DNA of 64,000 nt from the NCBI GenBank assembly GCA_030390025.1, contig CM059432.1, positions 46,254,001 through 46,318,000 of the forward strand, in the 5' to 3' direction. The notes below the pieces were generated by a model. It searched no databases. It saw nothing but the letters and a program-made list of their open reading frames with translations, and was not told the DNA's origin. The translations under genes and the position numbers were made by a program. This document shows, piece after piece, positions 36,589 through 49,346 of the stretch. The DNA is from Squalus acanthias (taxonomy: Eukaryota). How positions within the stretch are numbered: position 1 is the first letter of the stretch; each line of letters begins with the position of its first letter.

Positions 36589-38799
36589 TTTCAAATAAAA
36601 CTGTTGGACTATAACCTGGTGTTGTGCGACTTCTCAATTTTGTCCACCCCAGTCCAACACTGGCATCTCCGCATCATGTCTTAATCTTGTTTGCCATAAC
36701 AAAATGTCACTATATCGGACACTTGACTGTATTAACAGCCAGTTGATCAAGCATTTCTGATTAGCAGTTTGATAGGCAGTTCAGTTGCAGTAAACAGGCT
36801 TGTCTCAGGATCTCAACCTTCTGATGAAGTGCACTGTCAGTTTCGAGCCAAGATCAATAAGAAACTCAGCCCGTGCATAGAAATATGTTAACCCACTCAG
36901 CCCTACAAGCAGCCCATCATAATACAGCTCCAATTAAATTCAAGGTTAAAAGAGATAACTGCTTTAACAGGAGGCACCATTTCCCTTTGATCTGTCAGGC
37001 ACATTCTATTATTTCTTGGGTTCTTAAGTTCACCATAACGGGATAGTAATTTCAAAATCAAGGTTATTCCATACAGACTGCTATTGAATTGAGATTTTTA
37101 AATCGTTCTTTTCACTACAAATGGAGATTCCCTTTATCCAAGTTCATAGAACAGAGGTTCCACTGCAATGAAAACTCATAGCTAAGACAGACAAAATTGT
37201 TTTTTTTGTTTTTATTTTATAGTACAATATGAGAGTAAATATAGTACAATGGATATTGGTGGATTACAAGACAATTGTAGTGAGCGGTTCCAAAACTCAC
37301 ATAATTTATGAAGCCCAATGCAATTACTGTTCACTCTGCAATTGGCATTTGTTATTTTTGTGTAATGTACATGTGATTTATTCACTTTATTCTCTAAAAT
37401 ATTTTGAATAGTTCAGAATCTCAGTTCCGTTGATGTGATGCTAGCATTGGATCGATGAGCATAATGCAGACACGACAGGCATAAAGATATAAAAGTAACT
37501 GATGAGGTTTGAGCTGAAGAATAGCATTCAACAGATCCGAACATTTAAACCCAATATATGAATTAGGGACATTGTCCACAACAGTAAATCACCTTATGAA
37601 CATTTTATTATATTAATAAATATATAGAAGCCACTTGTTGTATACTTGTTTTCATTCATGAATAACAATTATTTCATGTCAGGGTTAATTGACTGCGGCA
37701 GACAGTTGACTGTTGGTAACAAAGAGTTGCAAAACTACAAAATACAACTGCATGTTCTAATGTAATTTTTTTAAGGGGGAGTGGGTTAAAATACATTGTT
37801 TCTACCATTCCCTCCTGACAGACCCTCCCCCTACCTTTCCTGCTAAGAATATGAACATATATCCAGAATTAGTTACTCAGGTAAATGCCACAGTAATAAT
37901 GGTAAATCTTTCACCAGCAGAAGCCATATCTAACATGATTAATGTAGTCTGTAAATATCACCTATTTATCAGTACCCCTTTCCACTGCTCCAATGTGACA
38001 GTGCAATTTATGTGCCTGACTCTGCAAAATTGATGCTTTAGCCGTTCTCTTTTAGTGCCTGTAATGGAAGTGAAAAGCCACAGCTATTTGTATCATTGTT
38101 TTTTCTGAACTTAAAAAATATTACTTTTGAAAAGAAGTATACATCATTTGTGTAAAGAATGGCCAAATCTGCTTCTTTCAGTGTCGATGAAAAAATGTAT
38201 TTTCATTAAATTTCCACACTGAAAGAAAACAATAACATGATAGAATACTTTGATATTCTATACTAATACATATAAAACAAAAGGAATGAGAACTATTCTC
38301 CTTATTTACACATATTAGGGCCAATTTTAACTTTTGGCGCAAAACGGGCATTTGGCGGATGCAATGCACCCCTTGCTCATTTGTTGTTGCTGTCGTGAGG
38401 CCCGAGTTGTTGTGAGGCTTGTACCTCATTTGCATGGATCTGGTGAGCTGCACAACTGAGGACAGGAAAATGGTCACTTCCTACACGAAACCGGCCGACA
38501 ATCCGGACTGGGGGTGGAAAGACCTTCCCGGGAGGGGAAGCCGTGTGCAGGTCAGTGTATTTTTGTGGGGCCACGAGGAGCATGAAAATGGTTTTGGGCC
38601 ATTTTTTGAGCTGCTTTGAGCAGTCTTTTTGCGTATTGCTGTTAGGCTGCTCAGCACCAGTATAAATGGGTGGGAGCATTTTAACTGCTGCAGCCTGCCC
38701 TGATTTCCTTTCCTCCCAGGGATAGAGACCCAGGCAATGATCCCACCCCGCCCCCACAGGAAACTGCGATCAAGTACCAATTCTAAATTGATGGTCCCT

Positions 38800-39745
38800 T
38801 GTGCTCAACCAGAGGAAATAGTCTATCCCTATTCAATCAATCAAAACTCTTCGTAATTTTAAAGAAACTGTATTGAGTCCCCTCTTAGTCTTCTTTGCAC
38901 AATTGAAAATAACAGCAGCATCTCAAGACTCTTATCATAACTACAGATTTCCATCTCTGACATCACTCTGGTGAATCTGTGCTGTACTCCATGCTATTTA
39001 TGTCCTTTCTATAATGGTGCCCTCAAATTCCACACGGTATTCTAAGTGTGGCCTAACCAATGTTTTCTACAAATTCTATCATTACTTCTTTGCTCTTATA
39101 CTCTGTGCCCTATTTATAAAACCCAGAATGTTGTTGCCCTTTTCTATGGCTTGAAATCACATTTTTAGGGTATGATGTACTTGAACTCTTAGGTCCCGTT
39201 CATCCACACCCTTCAATGTCTTTCCCAAGATCACAATATACTTATGGACAAAGACGACCATTTAGTGTATATTGGTTCAGCCATCCAGAAGCTCCATACA
39301 GACCCTCCATTGCAGCATCCAATTGTTTCTAAAATGCATGCAGGGTTTTATTTCCACCACTCTACCGGGAAATCTATTCCAAGTCTTAATCAAATTCTGG
39401 TGAAGAGCTTCCTGATATCAACCCTAAAGTTACTTTTTATTAGTTTGAACCTGTGTCCCCTTGTCCTACTCCCATAATTTAACTTAAAGAAATATTCCGG
39501 ATTTACCTTTTTCATTCCATTTGCTATCTGATATGTTCTATAAGATCAACTCTCAGATGTCACTTTTGTAGGCTGAAAAGCCAAGATCTCTCCAATCTTT
39601 CCATCATACCCTGACACCAGGGATCAGCCTCATGGTTCTTCTCTGGCCTGTCACCAATGCTTGAATGTCCTCCTTATGTCTTGCTGACCAGAACTGGATG
39701 TAGAAGTCAAGGTGTATTATACGGTTTGATCATGAATTCCTCTGA
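38800..39745 (-). mobile_element. two ancient CR1-like fragments; the second resumes at ~46911-47180
   Basis: Degenerate nucleotide similarity to CR1 ORF2 C-terminus (TGGTGAATCT...GCTGTACTCC, CTGTGTCCCCTTGTCCTA). No ORF remains. Confidence 0.55.
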
Positions 39746-40204
39746 CATAAAAAAAGAAAAAGAAAGACAGACTTGCATTTATATAGCACCTTTCATGACC
39801 ACCCGCGTCCCAAAGTGCTTTACAGCCAATGAGGTAATTTTGAAGTGTAGTAACTGTTGTAATGTAGTAAACACGGCAGCCAATATGCACACAGCAAGCT
39901 CCCACAAACAGCAATGTGATAATGACCAGATAATCTGTTTGATTGAAGGATAAATATTGGACAGGACACCAGGGATAACTCCCCTGCTCTTCTTCGAAAT
40001 AGTGCCATGGGATCTTTTATGCCCACCTGAGAGAGAGCAGACAGGGCCTTGGTTTAACTTCTCATCCGAATGGCAGCACCTCCGACAGTGCAGCACTCAC
40101 TCAGCACTGCACTGGGGTGTCAGCTTAAATTTTTATGCTCAAGTCCCTGGAGTGGGACTTGAACCCACAACCTTCTTGACTCAGAGGCGAGAGTGCGATC
40201 CACT
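39746..40204 (-). mobile_element. tRNA-derived Deu-domain SINE; its 5' head continues at 46759-46789
   Basis: B box GGTTCAAGTCC (-), Deu-like CAGATTATCTGGTCATTATCACATTGCTGTTTGTGGGAGCTTGCTGTG, and 3' end GCTATATAAATGCAAGTC with a T-rich tail. An uninterrupted relative lies at 56996-57345. Confidence 0.85.
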
Positions 40205-40324
40205 TTTTTTTTATTACATTATTTATTGAACATTAAGAACATTTACAACATCGTGATCATTCCATTGTATCATACAAATCAATTCCGCCGCTCTGCACAG
40301 CCATTTCTCCACCACATATCAACA

Positions 40325-43300
40325 TCAAAACCTAAAGTTTAATTTGTCTCCCGTAACATATATTAATCGATTGTACTTTAAAAATTGATCGTAAAATACT
40401 ATCTTTAAATTCCTTTCTGAATAAAACATCCACAGAGCCTTATAATGATCTTTTAGCTTATATTTAAAATACTCTTTTAGATTGATTCTCCTCCCCTTAA
40501 AAAACAGAACATTCCTTCTTTGCACAATCACGAATCTAGCCAAACTGAACATTAAATTAATTGCCGCTCCGCTAGACTCGGGCAGACTCTCCTGCAATCC
40601 CCATATCAAAATTGAGTCCCACGGGATTCCCATTCTCGCTCTTCGGTCCCCACCCAGCAAAAAAACTTCACACAACTGTCAAATATAGTACTTAAAATCA
40701 TTTAACTGTGGACATAACACCAGTAAATGGGACAGAGTCTCATCCCATGTCCCATACACTGGGTAAGTTGCCCCCTCTACTTGTCCAATCTTCCACAAGA
40801 CCGTCATGGTAAAAATCCAGTTATGAGCCAATTTGAAATCCAGTTCAATCCACTCTGGACATTTAAAATTCGCCCACACTCCCTTCCAAATCCTGTTGAA
40901 GTCCAGCTGTGGGTAGATCCTCTGCCAAAACTCCTGACCAGCAGGTGTCTTGAATCTCCATTCTCTAAATACCTCATAGAAATCTCGAGTATTACAGTTG
41001 TCAAATTGAACCAACTCTCCCCCTTTCTCCAGCAGAAAGCTTGGAAAAGCGGGACGCATTTTACTTCCTTTGGAGATTTCCGCATTTATTTCTTCCATCC
41101 AATCCTGTGGTATTGCCCTCACAATCGTCTCATACATGATCCCTATTGCTTTTTCCTCTACCTCCTGATCCTCCTCCCACACCATGTCCCTCACTATCGC
41201 TTCCGGCAACCACCCTGGAATTACCTCGTATAATACATCTTTCACACATATAGTACCAGCTTTTATAAAAGCTTAATTAAATAATACCTCTCCTTCAATG
41301 TTGACCCACCTGTTCAAAAATAAGGGCTGTTCTAAAAATTCCTCAGCACCCTTGGGCTTAAACTGCACACTTTTAAAAAATTGGGCCCAAGTCTGTACAA
41401 CCCCCTTATAAAACCTAGGGAGAGGTTTAATCGATTTCAAAAACATATTATTGTATTCCATATACAATGGCCCAAAAATTAGTGAGTGAGCCTTCGTGCG
41501 AGGGTAAGGCTTCCCCGCGATCTCTCACTGCGCGCTGGCTTTTTTATTCCCAGCTCGCACGAACTTGATGTTCTGGACAGCAGCTGTGCAGGGCTTTCGT
41601 ATCCCACAGGCGCAGTTAATTCGTGCGAGCTGTGGGATCACGTGACTCAGTTAGAGCCAATGGCAGCACACCATCTTTCATTCATAGCTTTCACAGCACG
41701 GCTGTGAAAGCTATGAATACTATACCCCCCCAAAAGAACAGCTAAACCTCAATTAAATTTAAAAAAAAACCCATCACATTAATAAAATAAGTATAGTTAA
41801 ATAAATTAACCACTTTAAACAAAAAATTAAATTTTTGAAAAAATTTAAAATCTTTTAAAAAGTTATAAAAATAAACTTACCTTTCTTTAAAGTCTCTAAA
41901 AAAGATATACCTGTTGAAAAAAATTCAAAATACTTAATTAACTACTTACCTTGTTAAAAGAGGGTCTTATGCCTCCTTTCTTTATGTGTAAAATGTTCCA
42001 TGCTTACCTGCGCGTTCAAAGCACTAAGTGCACTGCGTGCGCGCAGCTTGTAGCGCGCACGCGGTTCACCTAGGAACCGCCCCCTTTTGAAATCACCAAG
42101 TGCCGGTTTTCAGCGCATGCGCAGTGCATGCAGAAAACCGGCAATTGGAGACAGAATACGCGAGAGTACACAGTGCGTACTCTCGCGGAGCGGCACTAAT
42201 TTTTGGGCCAATATCCCCTGCCCTCCTATCCCACTTAGTTTTAAAAAATGCTCGAAACAACTCTTCCAAAAACTTGTATTTGACTTCTGAAGAAATCTCT
42301 TCACCCATTTGATTTTTTCTTCAAATCAATATCTGGGAAATTGAGTCCTCCCTGATTTCTCCGTCCAATGATGGTATTGTAAGCAACCAAGGCTGGTTTC
42401 CCTTCCCATAAAAACCTCACACAAGCCTCTTGGATGGACTTTTCCGCCCACTCAGGAATATCCTCCACCATCAATAAGTACCATAGCTTAGATAGCAGGA
42501 GAGCGGACACCACTGTCACTCTGCCTTGCACTTTCAACCACCTTCTTTCCCATCTTCCCAAAATTTTTTAAATTTTCATAACCTTTGGTTCCCAATTTAA
42601 TCGATCCACTTCATCCCTGTCTTTCTTACACCCCATATGCACCCCCAGAACTTCCAAAACCTCCACCACCTTAAAGGGACTTTCCTCCAACCATTCCCCC
42701 CTACCCCTTCCTGCAACCAGGCATTGGGACTTACTATAATTCACTCTGGCTCCTGAAGCTCTACAATACTCCTCAACTACATCCATAGCTTTCCTCACTG
42801 ACTCCCCATTTCTCAATGTTAAAGTTGTGTCATCTGCATATTGGTGTATCACCGACACCAGCCCAGAACTTGGAACCGCAATCCCAACTACACCTTGTTT
42901 CTTTCGCATCATGTAACCTAATGGTTCTGCTACCAATGTGTACAACAATGGGGACAGGGGACAACACGGTCTCACTGACCTCTGTATTGGAAAATACTTG
43001 GATAAAACACCATTACATTTAACACAGCTAAATATGTTTGAATAAAAAATCTTTATCCACTCAATGAAATTTTCCCCGAAACCAAATGCTTCCAAAACCA
43101 TCAATAAAAACTCATGAGAGACCCTATCAAAGGCTTTCTCTTGATCTATCTTTAATACATAAGCCTCCCTCCCACTCTCTTCCATGAGCTCTATCGCATC
43201 TCGGATTGAGACCACAGAGTCTGCGATGTCCCGGCCTATGACTCCATAGGACTGAGAGGGCAAAACTATCTGTGGCAACACCTCCTTCATACGATTTGCC

Positions 43301-44901
43301 ATAACCCTCGCCAAGATCTTATAATCCACATTTAATAATGTAATGGGCCTCCAATTCTTCAGATCCCTTCTATCCCCTTTATTTTTATAAGCTAAGCTTA
43401 TGACACCTCTCCTCATAGATGGGGCCAGGCTTCCCTCAATTTTAATTTCCTTAAAAACCTCTAAGAGCAATGGACTTAAAATCTCGAAAAATTCTTTATA
43501 AAATTCTGCACTTAGTCCATCGGACCCTGGGCTTTTCCCCCCTTCATTCCACTTATTGTTACTTTTATTTCTGCTAATCCTACTTCTTTGTCACACATGC
43601 TTCTCTCATCCTCCTTTAAACCCTCTTCAATAAAAGCACTAACCTTCTCCATCGCCAAATCGGAAATGTCTTCTTTTGTATATAACTCTTGATAAAAGCT
43701 GCTAGCCGCCTCTAAAATCTCCCCACTTTCATTAATGATCTTCTCCCCAACCTTCAACTCTCCAATTACTGATAATCTCTGTCGCAGCCTCTCTTGCTCT
43801 AGAAAATATCTAGTGCATCTTTTGCCCTCCAATGCATCTTTAGCCTTTGCACGGAGAATGGCCCACTTGCATTTTTCAGCTTGCAATAATTCCCACTCTT
43901 CCTTTAACACCCGGAACTTAGTCTCAGCTCCCTTATCCCCTCCGTCAACTGTTTAACAGACATCCGTAAACCTTTTGTTTATATTCTCTTCTCGACGCCG
44001 GTTAGCTGCCGCTCTCTTTTTCCCATAACGTACCGAAAAAACTTTTACCTCATATTTGAAATTGTCCCACCAAACTCTTCTTTCTTTAAGAAAAAATGTT
44101 CCTTCCGAGCATTCTTTATTATATTTAAAATCCCTTCTTTATAAGCAATTTCTTTCAGGTATTGATTGTTTAAAATCCACACCTCTTAACTCTGCTGTTC
44201 CTAATTCTAAGAACCAAAGCCGAGTGGTCACTAAAAAATACTTTTTTGTAATAAATCTCCATCACCTCAGAACTTAACCCTTCCTGTATTAACACAAAAT
44301 CTATTCGGCTCTGTTTTAAAACATCACCCACCCAACCTGTTCTGGAGAATTCCCTTTTTATGGGGTTCTGGTCCCTCCATAAGTCTTTCAAATTTAAATT
44401 TGCCATCATTTTTACAATCATCCCTCTGGAGTTATCATCCTTATAGGTCATCTGGGCTGAAATGTCCATCCAAGATAAAAATACATTAAAATACCCCATT
44501 ATACAAGGATTTTCCACCTCTGCCACATCAGTGAATAAACCCCGAAAAAACTCGCGACACTTGCAATGGTCGTTCGGTGCATAGATATTAAAGAGATCGC
44601 AATTAAATTCCTCCATTTTTACCCTTAACCGTAAAAATCTCCCCTCAGTGTCCTTGTCCACCAAGGCAACATTCTCTTTTATGGATGGACTCACCAAAAC
44701 AGCCACCCCTCTATGGTTATTGTTTGCACAACTTGCAAACACCTCTCCCTTCCAAACCTTCCGAACTCTTTCTAGGATATCCTCATCCCAAAAGATTTCT
44801 TGCAGACACAACAAGTCAGTGCCTTTAAAACACTGCAACAACTGCTGCAATTTCTTCTCACCCCTCAGTCCGTTCACATTAATCGAGACCAATGTAATCA
44901 T
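40325..44901 (-). pseudogene. Tx1 ORF2 (APE endonuclease, RT, C-terminal zinc motif), multiple frameshifts
   Basis: SINVNGL, CLQE, NIYAPN, SRIDF, SDH, NWRPITLLNVDYKIL, DQEKAFDRV, QYADD and ETLSHLLVLCP. Confidence 0.9.
41469..42209. mobile_element. Harbinger-type MITE (741 bp) inserted in Tx1 ORF2
   Basis: Perfect 16-bp TIRs GGCCCAAAAATTAGTG, AAT TSD (41466-41468 and 42210-42212), AT-rich core and internal palindromes. Confidence 0.9.
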
Positions 44902-44939
44902 GGCTCCGAATAAGGGAAGTATGCCTGATAATCTCCCCA

Positions 44940-46622
44940 TCATTTAATCTCTGGCCCTTCCCTCCTCTCATGCTCCTTCCCAACTTTTCGGCCAGCTGTT
45001 GCTTTTTCCTGCAGCCTCCGGCTCTTTTTCACCTCCTGTTTGAACCTTCCCTGCTGTTTCAACCTCTTCCTTGCATTAAGTTTGGGCCAAGAAGCTGCCC
45101 CTTCTCCCTCCTTCTGCCCCTCACTAACCTTTCCCTTTCCACACGATGCCACCCCACCCCCCACTTCCATGTCTCTGTCCCCCTCTAATTCTTCACTCTC
45201 GAGCTCTTCTGTAACCTTCTGTTCCTGCTCCCCGTCAGATACATAATCCTGCTCCCCGTCAGATACATCATCTCCCATTGAAAGTCTTCCTGCTATCGCG
45301 GTTTCTCCAACAGTGCCGCTCCCTTCGACTTTATCTCCACCACTGACCCTTGCTCCCTGATCCTTCTCTCTCTGGGACAATGGCGCACCTATATTGCTCC
45401 CTTCTGGCGTCTTTGTCTCGCCACTCCCATCCTGCTGCCCCTTTAAGGCTCCTGCCTCTTGCACCCTCTCCTTGTCTTGCCCCCTCCTGCTCACCGAGAT
45501 GTCCGACTCCCCATCTTTCTTTGGAGTACTTACATTTACCATGCACCCCGCTCCCGCCTCCTCTCCCCCCGCGGACACCAGACGCTTTAGGGAGAACTGA
45601 ACCGTATTATGGCTCAACTCGGCCCTCGACCTGTGCTGCCCTCTGCTGTCTTTGTCCTTTTCCACTGTACTTGGTGTGTTTTCCACCATCTCCATCCTGT
45701 TCTCTGCTCTGCAATTTTCTGCCTCTTCCTGCGCTCTTTTCTCCTTCAATTCACCAGCTGTGTCCTCCGACTGCTCCACTCCTCCGGCCGTTCCACTCAC
45801 ACCTCCTGCTCCTTCTCCCATCTCCTCATCACTCATAGAGCTTCCTTCTGCTTCACACTCACAGCGGGTGGGGTCTTTGTGACACATCCCACGGCTCTCC
45901 GCCTTGCATCTCCGAGCGATGTGTCCAGACTCACTGCAATTATAACAGTACAAGTCCGGACACTTTCTTACAAGATAGTCGTGTCCAACACAATAATAAC
46001 AAACCTTCACTTGGTTATCATGCAGTACTCAGAAGTACTGCACTCCTTCCATTGTCTCGAATTTCATGCTGTACGGTAACGACTTCACCCCCTCTGGGAA
46101 CCGTACCTTTACGTAACGGGTTCCATCTGCTACCCGTGTTCCTGGATAGTATCTGCTCTTTATTGCCAAGCAAATTTTAATGTCCCACGCCTCCAACTTT
46201 TTGATTAGCTCATCGTCCTCAATATAAACCAGCAAGTTTAAGAATGAGACCACCAGCTCTTCCGAATATAGCAGAGATACCTCCAAGAACTTATCACTAA
46301 CCTTCAAACTGAGTAAAAGTCTTTCCACCTCCTCTCGGCCACTGACCATCACCTCGAACCCAACATTCGGCTTTGGTCGGCAGGCAAAGCAGCTTCCCTC
46401 GCCGCAGTCCTCATGTACCACCTGGATAATATCCCAAGCTCGTATCTCCTTGTCCTCGCACTGAACCACCACTGTGTTTTCTTTCCCAAACCTCCTAGGG
46501 TCCCGGCCCAAATCTTTGGGCCTTTTTCTCTCCCTTCCAACAACAGTTTCTCCCCTGATTAAATTCATCTTGGGAACACTGTCCTCTGAGGGGCCCGGCA
46601 CTCCAGGCCCCTCAGCAGCCAT
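44940..46622 (-). pseudogene. Tx1 ORF1 (zinc-knuckle nucleic-acid-binding protein), one disruption near 46020
   Basis: YPGTRVADGTRYVKVRFP...SLPYS; knuckles CYYCVGHDYLVRKC and CYNCSESGHIARRC; long acidic/basic low-complexity tail. Confidence 0.85.
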
Positions 46623-48769
46623 CTGGCTGATGTTTATGGGCCAAAAAGGCCCTAAAACCTGAAAAAAAAAACACCACCAACTTTTTACAAGCTCACTCCA
46701 ACTCCCTGCAGTAATCAGGCAACCAGCAGCACCTGCTTACTCCTAGTCCCTCCCACCTGGCGAGTGCTACCTACTGAGTCACTGGCTGAATATTGTGATA
46801 AGTATATTGTGATCTTGGGAAAGACACTGAAGGGTGTGGATGAACGAAACCTAGAAGTTCAAGTACATCATAGCCTAAAAATGTGATTGCAAGCCATAAA
46901 AAAGGTCAACTTATATTCAACTGTTTTGGCTACTAAGTTTCACATTCTCTTAGCTTTGTTGATTACTGCTTTGTACTGTTGACATGTTTAGCATCAAGTC
47001 TACTGAGACTCCTCGGTCATCCATTGAATGACATTTCTGCTTTTTCTTTCAAAATACATTACTTAACATTTCTCCATGGTAAATCGCGTGTACCACCTGT
47101 CTGCCCATTCCACTACAATTCTATGTCTTCCTAAAGTCTTTTACAGTGCTTCTCGCTGTTTTATAAAGCTCCTGATCAAACAGTAAATGTGGTGCACCTG
47201 GATACACTGAAGATACATGATGGGCCACATAGCCCACTCTACATAAATCATCACAGTTCCTTGCACTGCAATCCCTGTCTAACTGCCTAGCTTAAAAATG
47301 TAAAAATGTGAACCTACAGTCTTAATAGCACCAAACGCATAAGACTCAAACTCTACTTACTTCGCACAAGTGTTAATTATGGAGAAAATAATCTTTTACT
47401 TACCAATCCACATCCTGAAGCTTCAGGCAAAAAGTCCTTTCAGTTCTGGTTTTTGAATTGGGCAAAATCCCCTCCAATTACATCTCATACCATTGCCCTT
47501 CACCAAAAGTGAAAAGCAGGTGGGGGATGGGAGAACATAATCCAATGAAAGATTGTCGGCGCCTTAGTGGAGAAATGGAAAACCTACCCTTTACTTTTGT
47601 TCCGTGACTCCTTATACAAATTATTCAACTGAGCTACTGAATGTTTTTTTTATTAAAAATGGAATTGGATTGAAATTGAGATTGTCCAAATTCATTATAA
47701 ATTTCCCACATCCCACACCATTCATCTTGTGAGTTCCCTGAGGAAGATTATCAATTTAATGCTAAATTGTGGGTAGCTTTGCTCTGGCCTTGCATCCACT
47801 AGCAACTGGATTAAGGCTGTCCAAAATTACTTCAAATAGGATTGTTACAGATAGAATGAATAGACTTTCATCCCATTATTCTGGATTAAATTAAACACAG
47901 GGCCCCATGAAAGGACAGTGTAACTATCTTTCCCTACGCCCTCCCCCATCCACCTCTATATTTTAACATTTAAATGCAAATGTATTTTTGATTAGGGAAT
48001 TCCCATAAAGGAATCTGTGACTTGAATGTCATTAGTTTACTTGTTGAAATTGAGTTCCAGAGAATCATGTGCATCATATCCTTAACGTGAGTGTGGCACG
48101 TACAGAAGTGATGTGCGTACATCTCCAGGCCCGATTTTTGGTAAGAAAATAATGGGAAATTTCTTGAGCTGTGGGGGTTCTCAAACTCAGGAGGAAATCA
48201 GTTTTCACTAGATCACCAACCCAAAAGAATCAAGGAATTTATTTTAATGGTCCCTATATATGAGCCACAGGTTCTGTAGTCAAGTGCAATCTGCAGTATT
48301 GATTTTCCGCTACTGTATTATGCTTTTTATTTTTAATATACCTAAGTTGTAGTATATAGCTTAATTTGCATGGCCTGAGAGAGTAATTATTTTTCTGATA
48401 CCTAAATACTAAGCAAACATGAGAGAGTTTGTGTCAATTCCAGTAAGCTAATTACAATAACAAAGATTTTTATTTGACCCTTAAGCAATGCTACATTATC
48501 ATATTATTGTGAATGCAATCAAACACTGGTCCATAGGGAATGAGGGTTCAATTATAGGAGACGTCTTAGGAGCTGAGCATGTCTGGCAAAGGTCTAAAGA
48601 CATAACAGCAGCCATTAAAGGTAAGTAGTGACAGATGAGGCAAATATTGTGTTCACCTTTAAAAACGCAATAAATATTTCTGAGGTACATTTGAACCTGT
48701 TCGGGTGGCAATCCCCAGTGGATGGCATAATATGTGTGAAGAAGAAATAGGAGGCTCAATAAAGGTCAC

Positions 48770-48980
48770 TGATGGAGAAAGCAGCAGTTAAACCTCCTGT
48801 TCAGTAGGTGGTGAAGTGGAGGTGCTACTGTATGAGGCAGATTTAAGGAGGATTTCCCTGTTCACCACTCTGGTTTATCTTCTCCAACAGACAGCAAGAC
48901 AGCATGTGGGAAAGAGGTTGGTGACTATTTTCAATGCTGCATGCATTACCTGTAACTCTTACGAACAGGTGTGGAAGAAG
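48770..48980 (+). pseudogene. ancient Myb/SANT-like exon remnant (Harbinger-derived)
   Basis: EVEVLLYEADLRRISLF...FNAACITCNSYEQVWKK resembles the exon-1 trihelix of the other Myb genes. Confidence 0.45.
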
Positions 48981-48984
48981 GCAG

Positions 48985-49346
48985 CACGGCGACGAATACA
49001 AAGAGATTAGGAGTGAAGTAAAAAAAAAATTAAGAAAGTCAAAAAGGAACTAGGAAATAAATTATCAAGGAACATAAAACAAAATAGTAAATTATTTGAA
49101 GGCACATGAATAAAAAAAGGAAAGTCGGGTTGGGAATAGGGCCACTAAGCGATGGTCAGGATAATATCACAGGCAGCGATAGAGAGATGGCAGAAATATT
49201 AAATACTTTGCTTCAGTATTTACCAGGGAGACAGAACAGGTGGACATGACATCAGATGATAAGATTAGAAATGAGATAACTGCATTTAAAATAAAGAGGA
49301 GAAATATTTAATGTACTAATCAAACTCAAAGGGGCTAAAACCCCTA
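48985..49346 (+). mobile_element. old CR1 ORF2 linker fragment; a CR1 3' end at ~53290-53580 may belong to it
   Basis: Decayed IGPL...EMAEIL.YFASVFT similarity; truncated by the Harbinger TIR at 49347. Confidence 0.55.

Larger units (their letters stand above)
33912..36675 (-). mobile_element. Penelope-like element with inverted pseudo-LTR arms
   Basis: 33910-34509 is the reverse complement of 36054-36636. The 14-bp TSD ATGTCTTAATCTTG is at 33898-33911 and 36676-36689, and a ~40-bp tail is present only on the right arm. Confidence 0.93.
40205..46758 (-). mobile_element. full-length decayed Tx1-clade (L1 group) non-LTR retrotransposon
   Basis: 5' UTR, gag-like ORF1, APE-RT ORF2, and AATAAA followed by a short poly(A) (T-run at 40204-40212 on +). 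Confidence 0.9.

Noticed and set aside
37030..37166. Possible Tigger/pogo-like TIR (CAGTGGAACCTCTG on -)
   Set aside because: No partner TIR or TA duplication found.
38318..38790. Possible further Harbinger MITE (GGGCCAATTTTAAC...), and a similar stretch at ~7655-8180
   Set aside because: Only one TIR-like end is visible and the sequence is too decayed to delimit.
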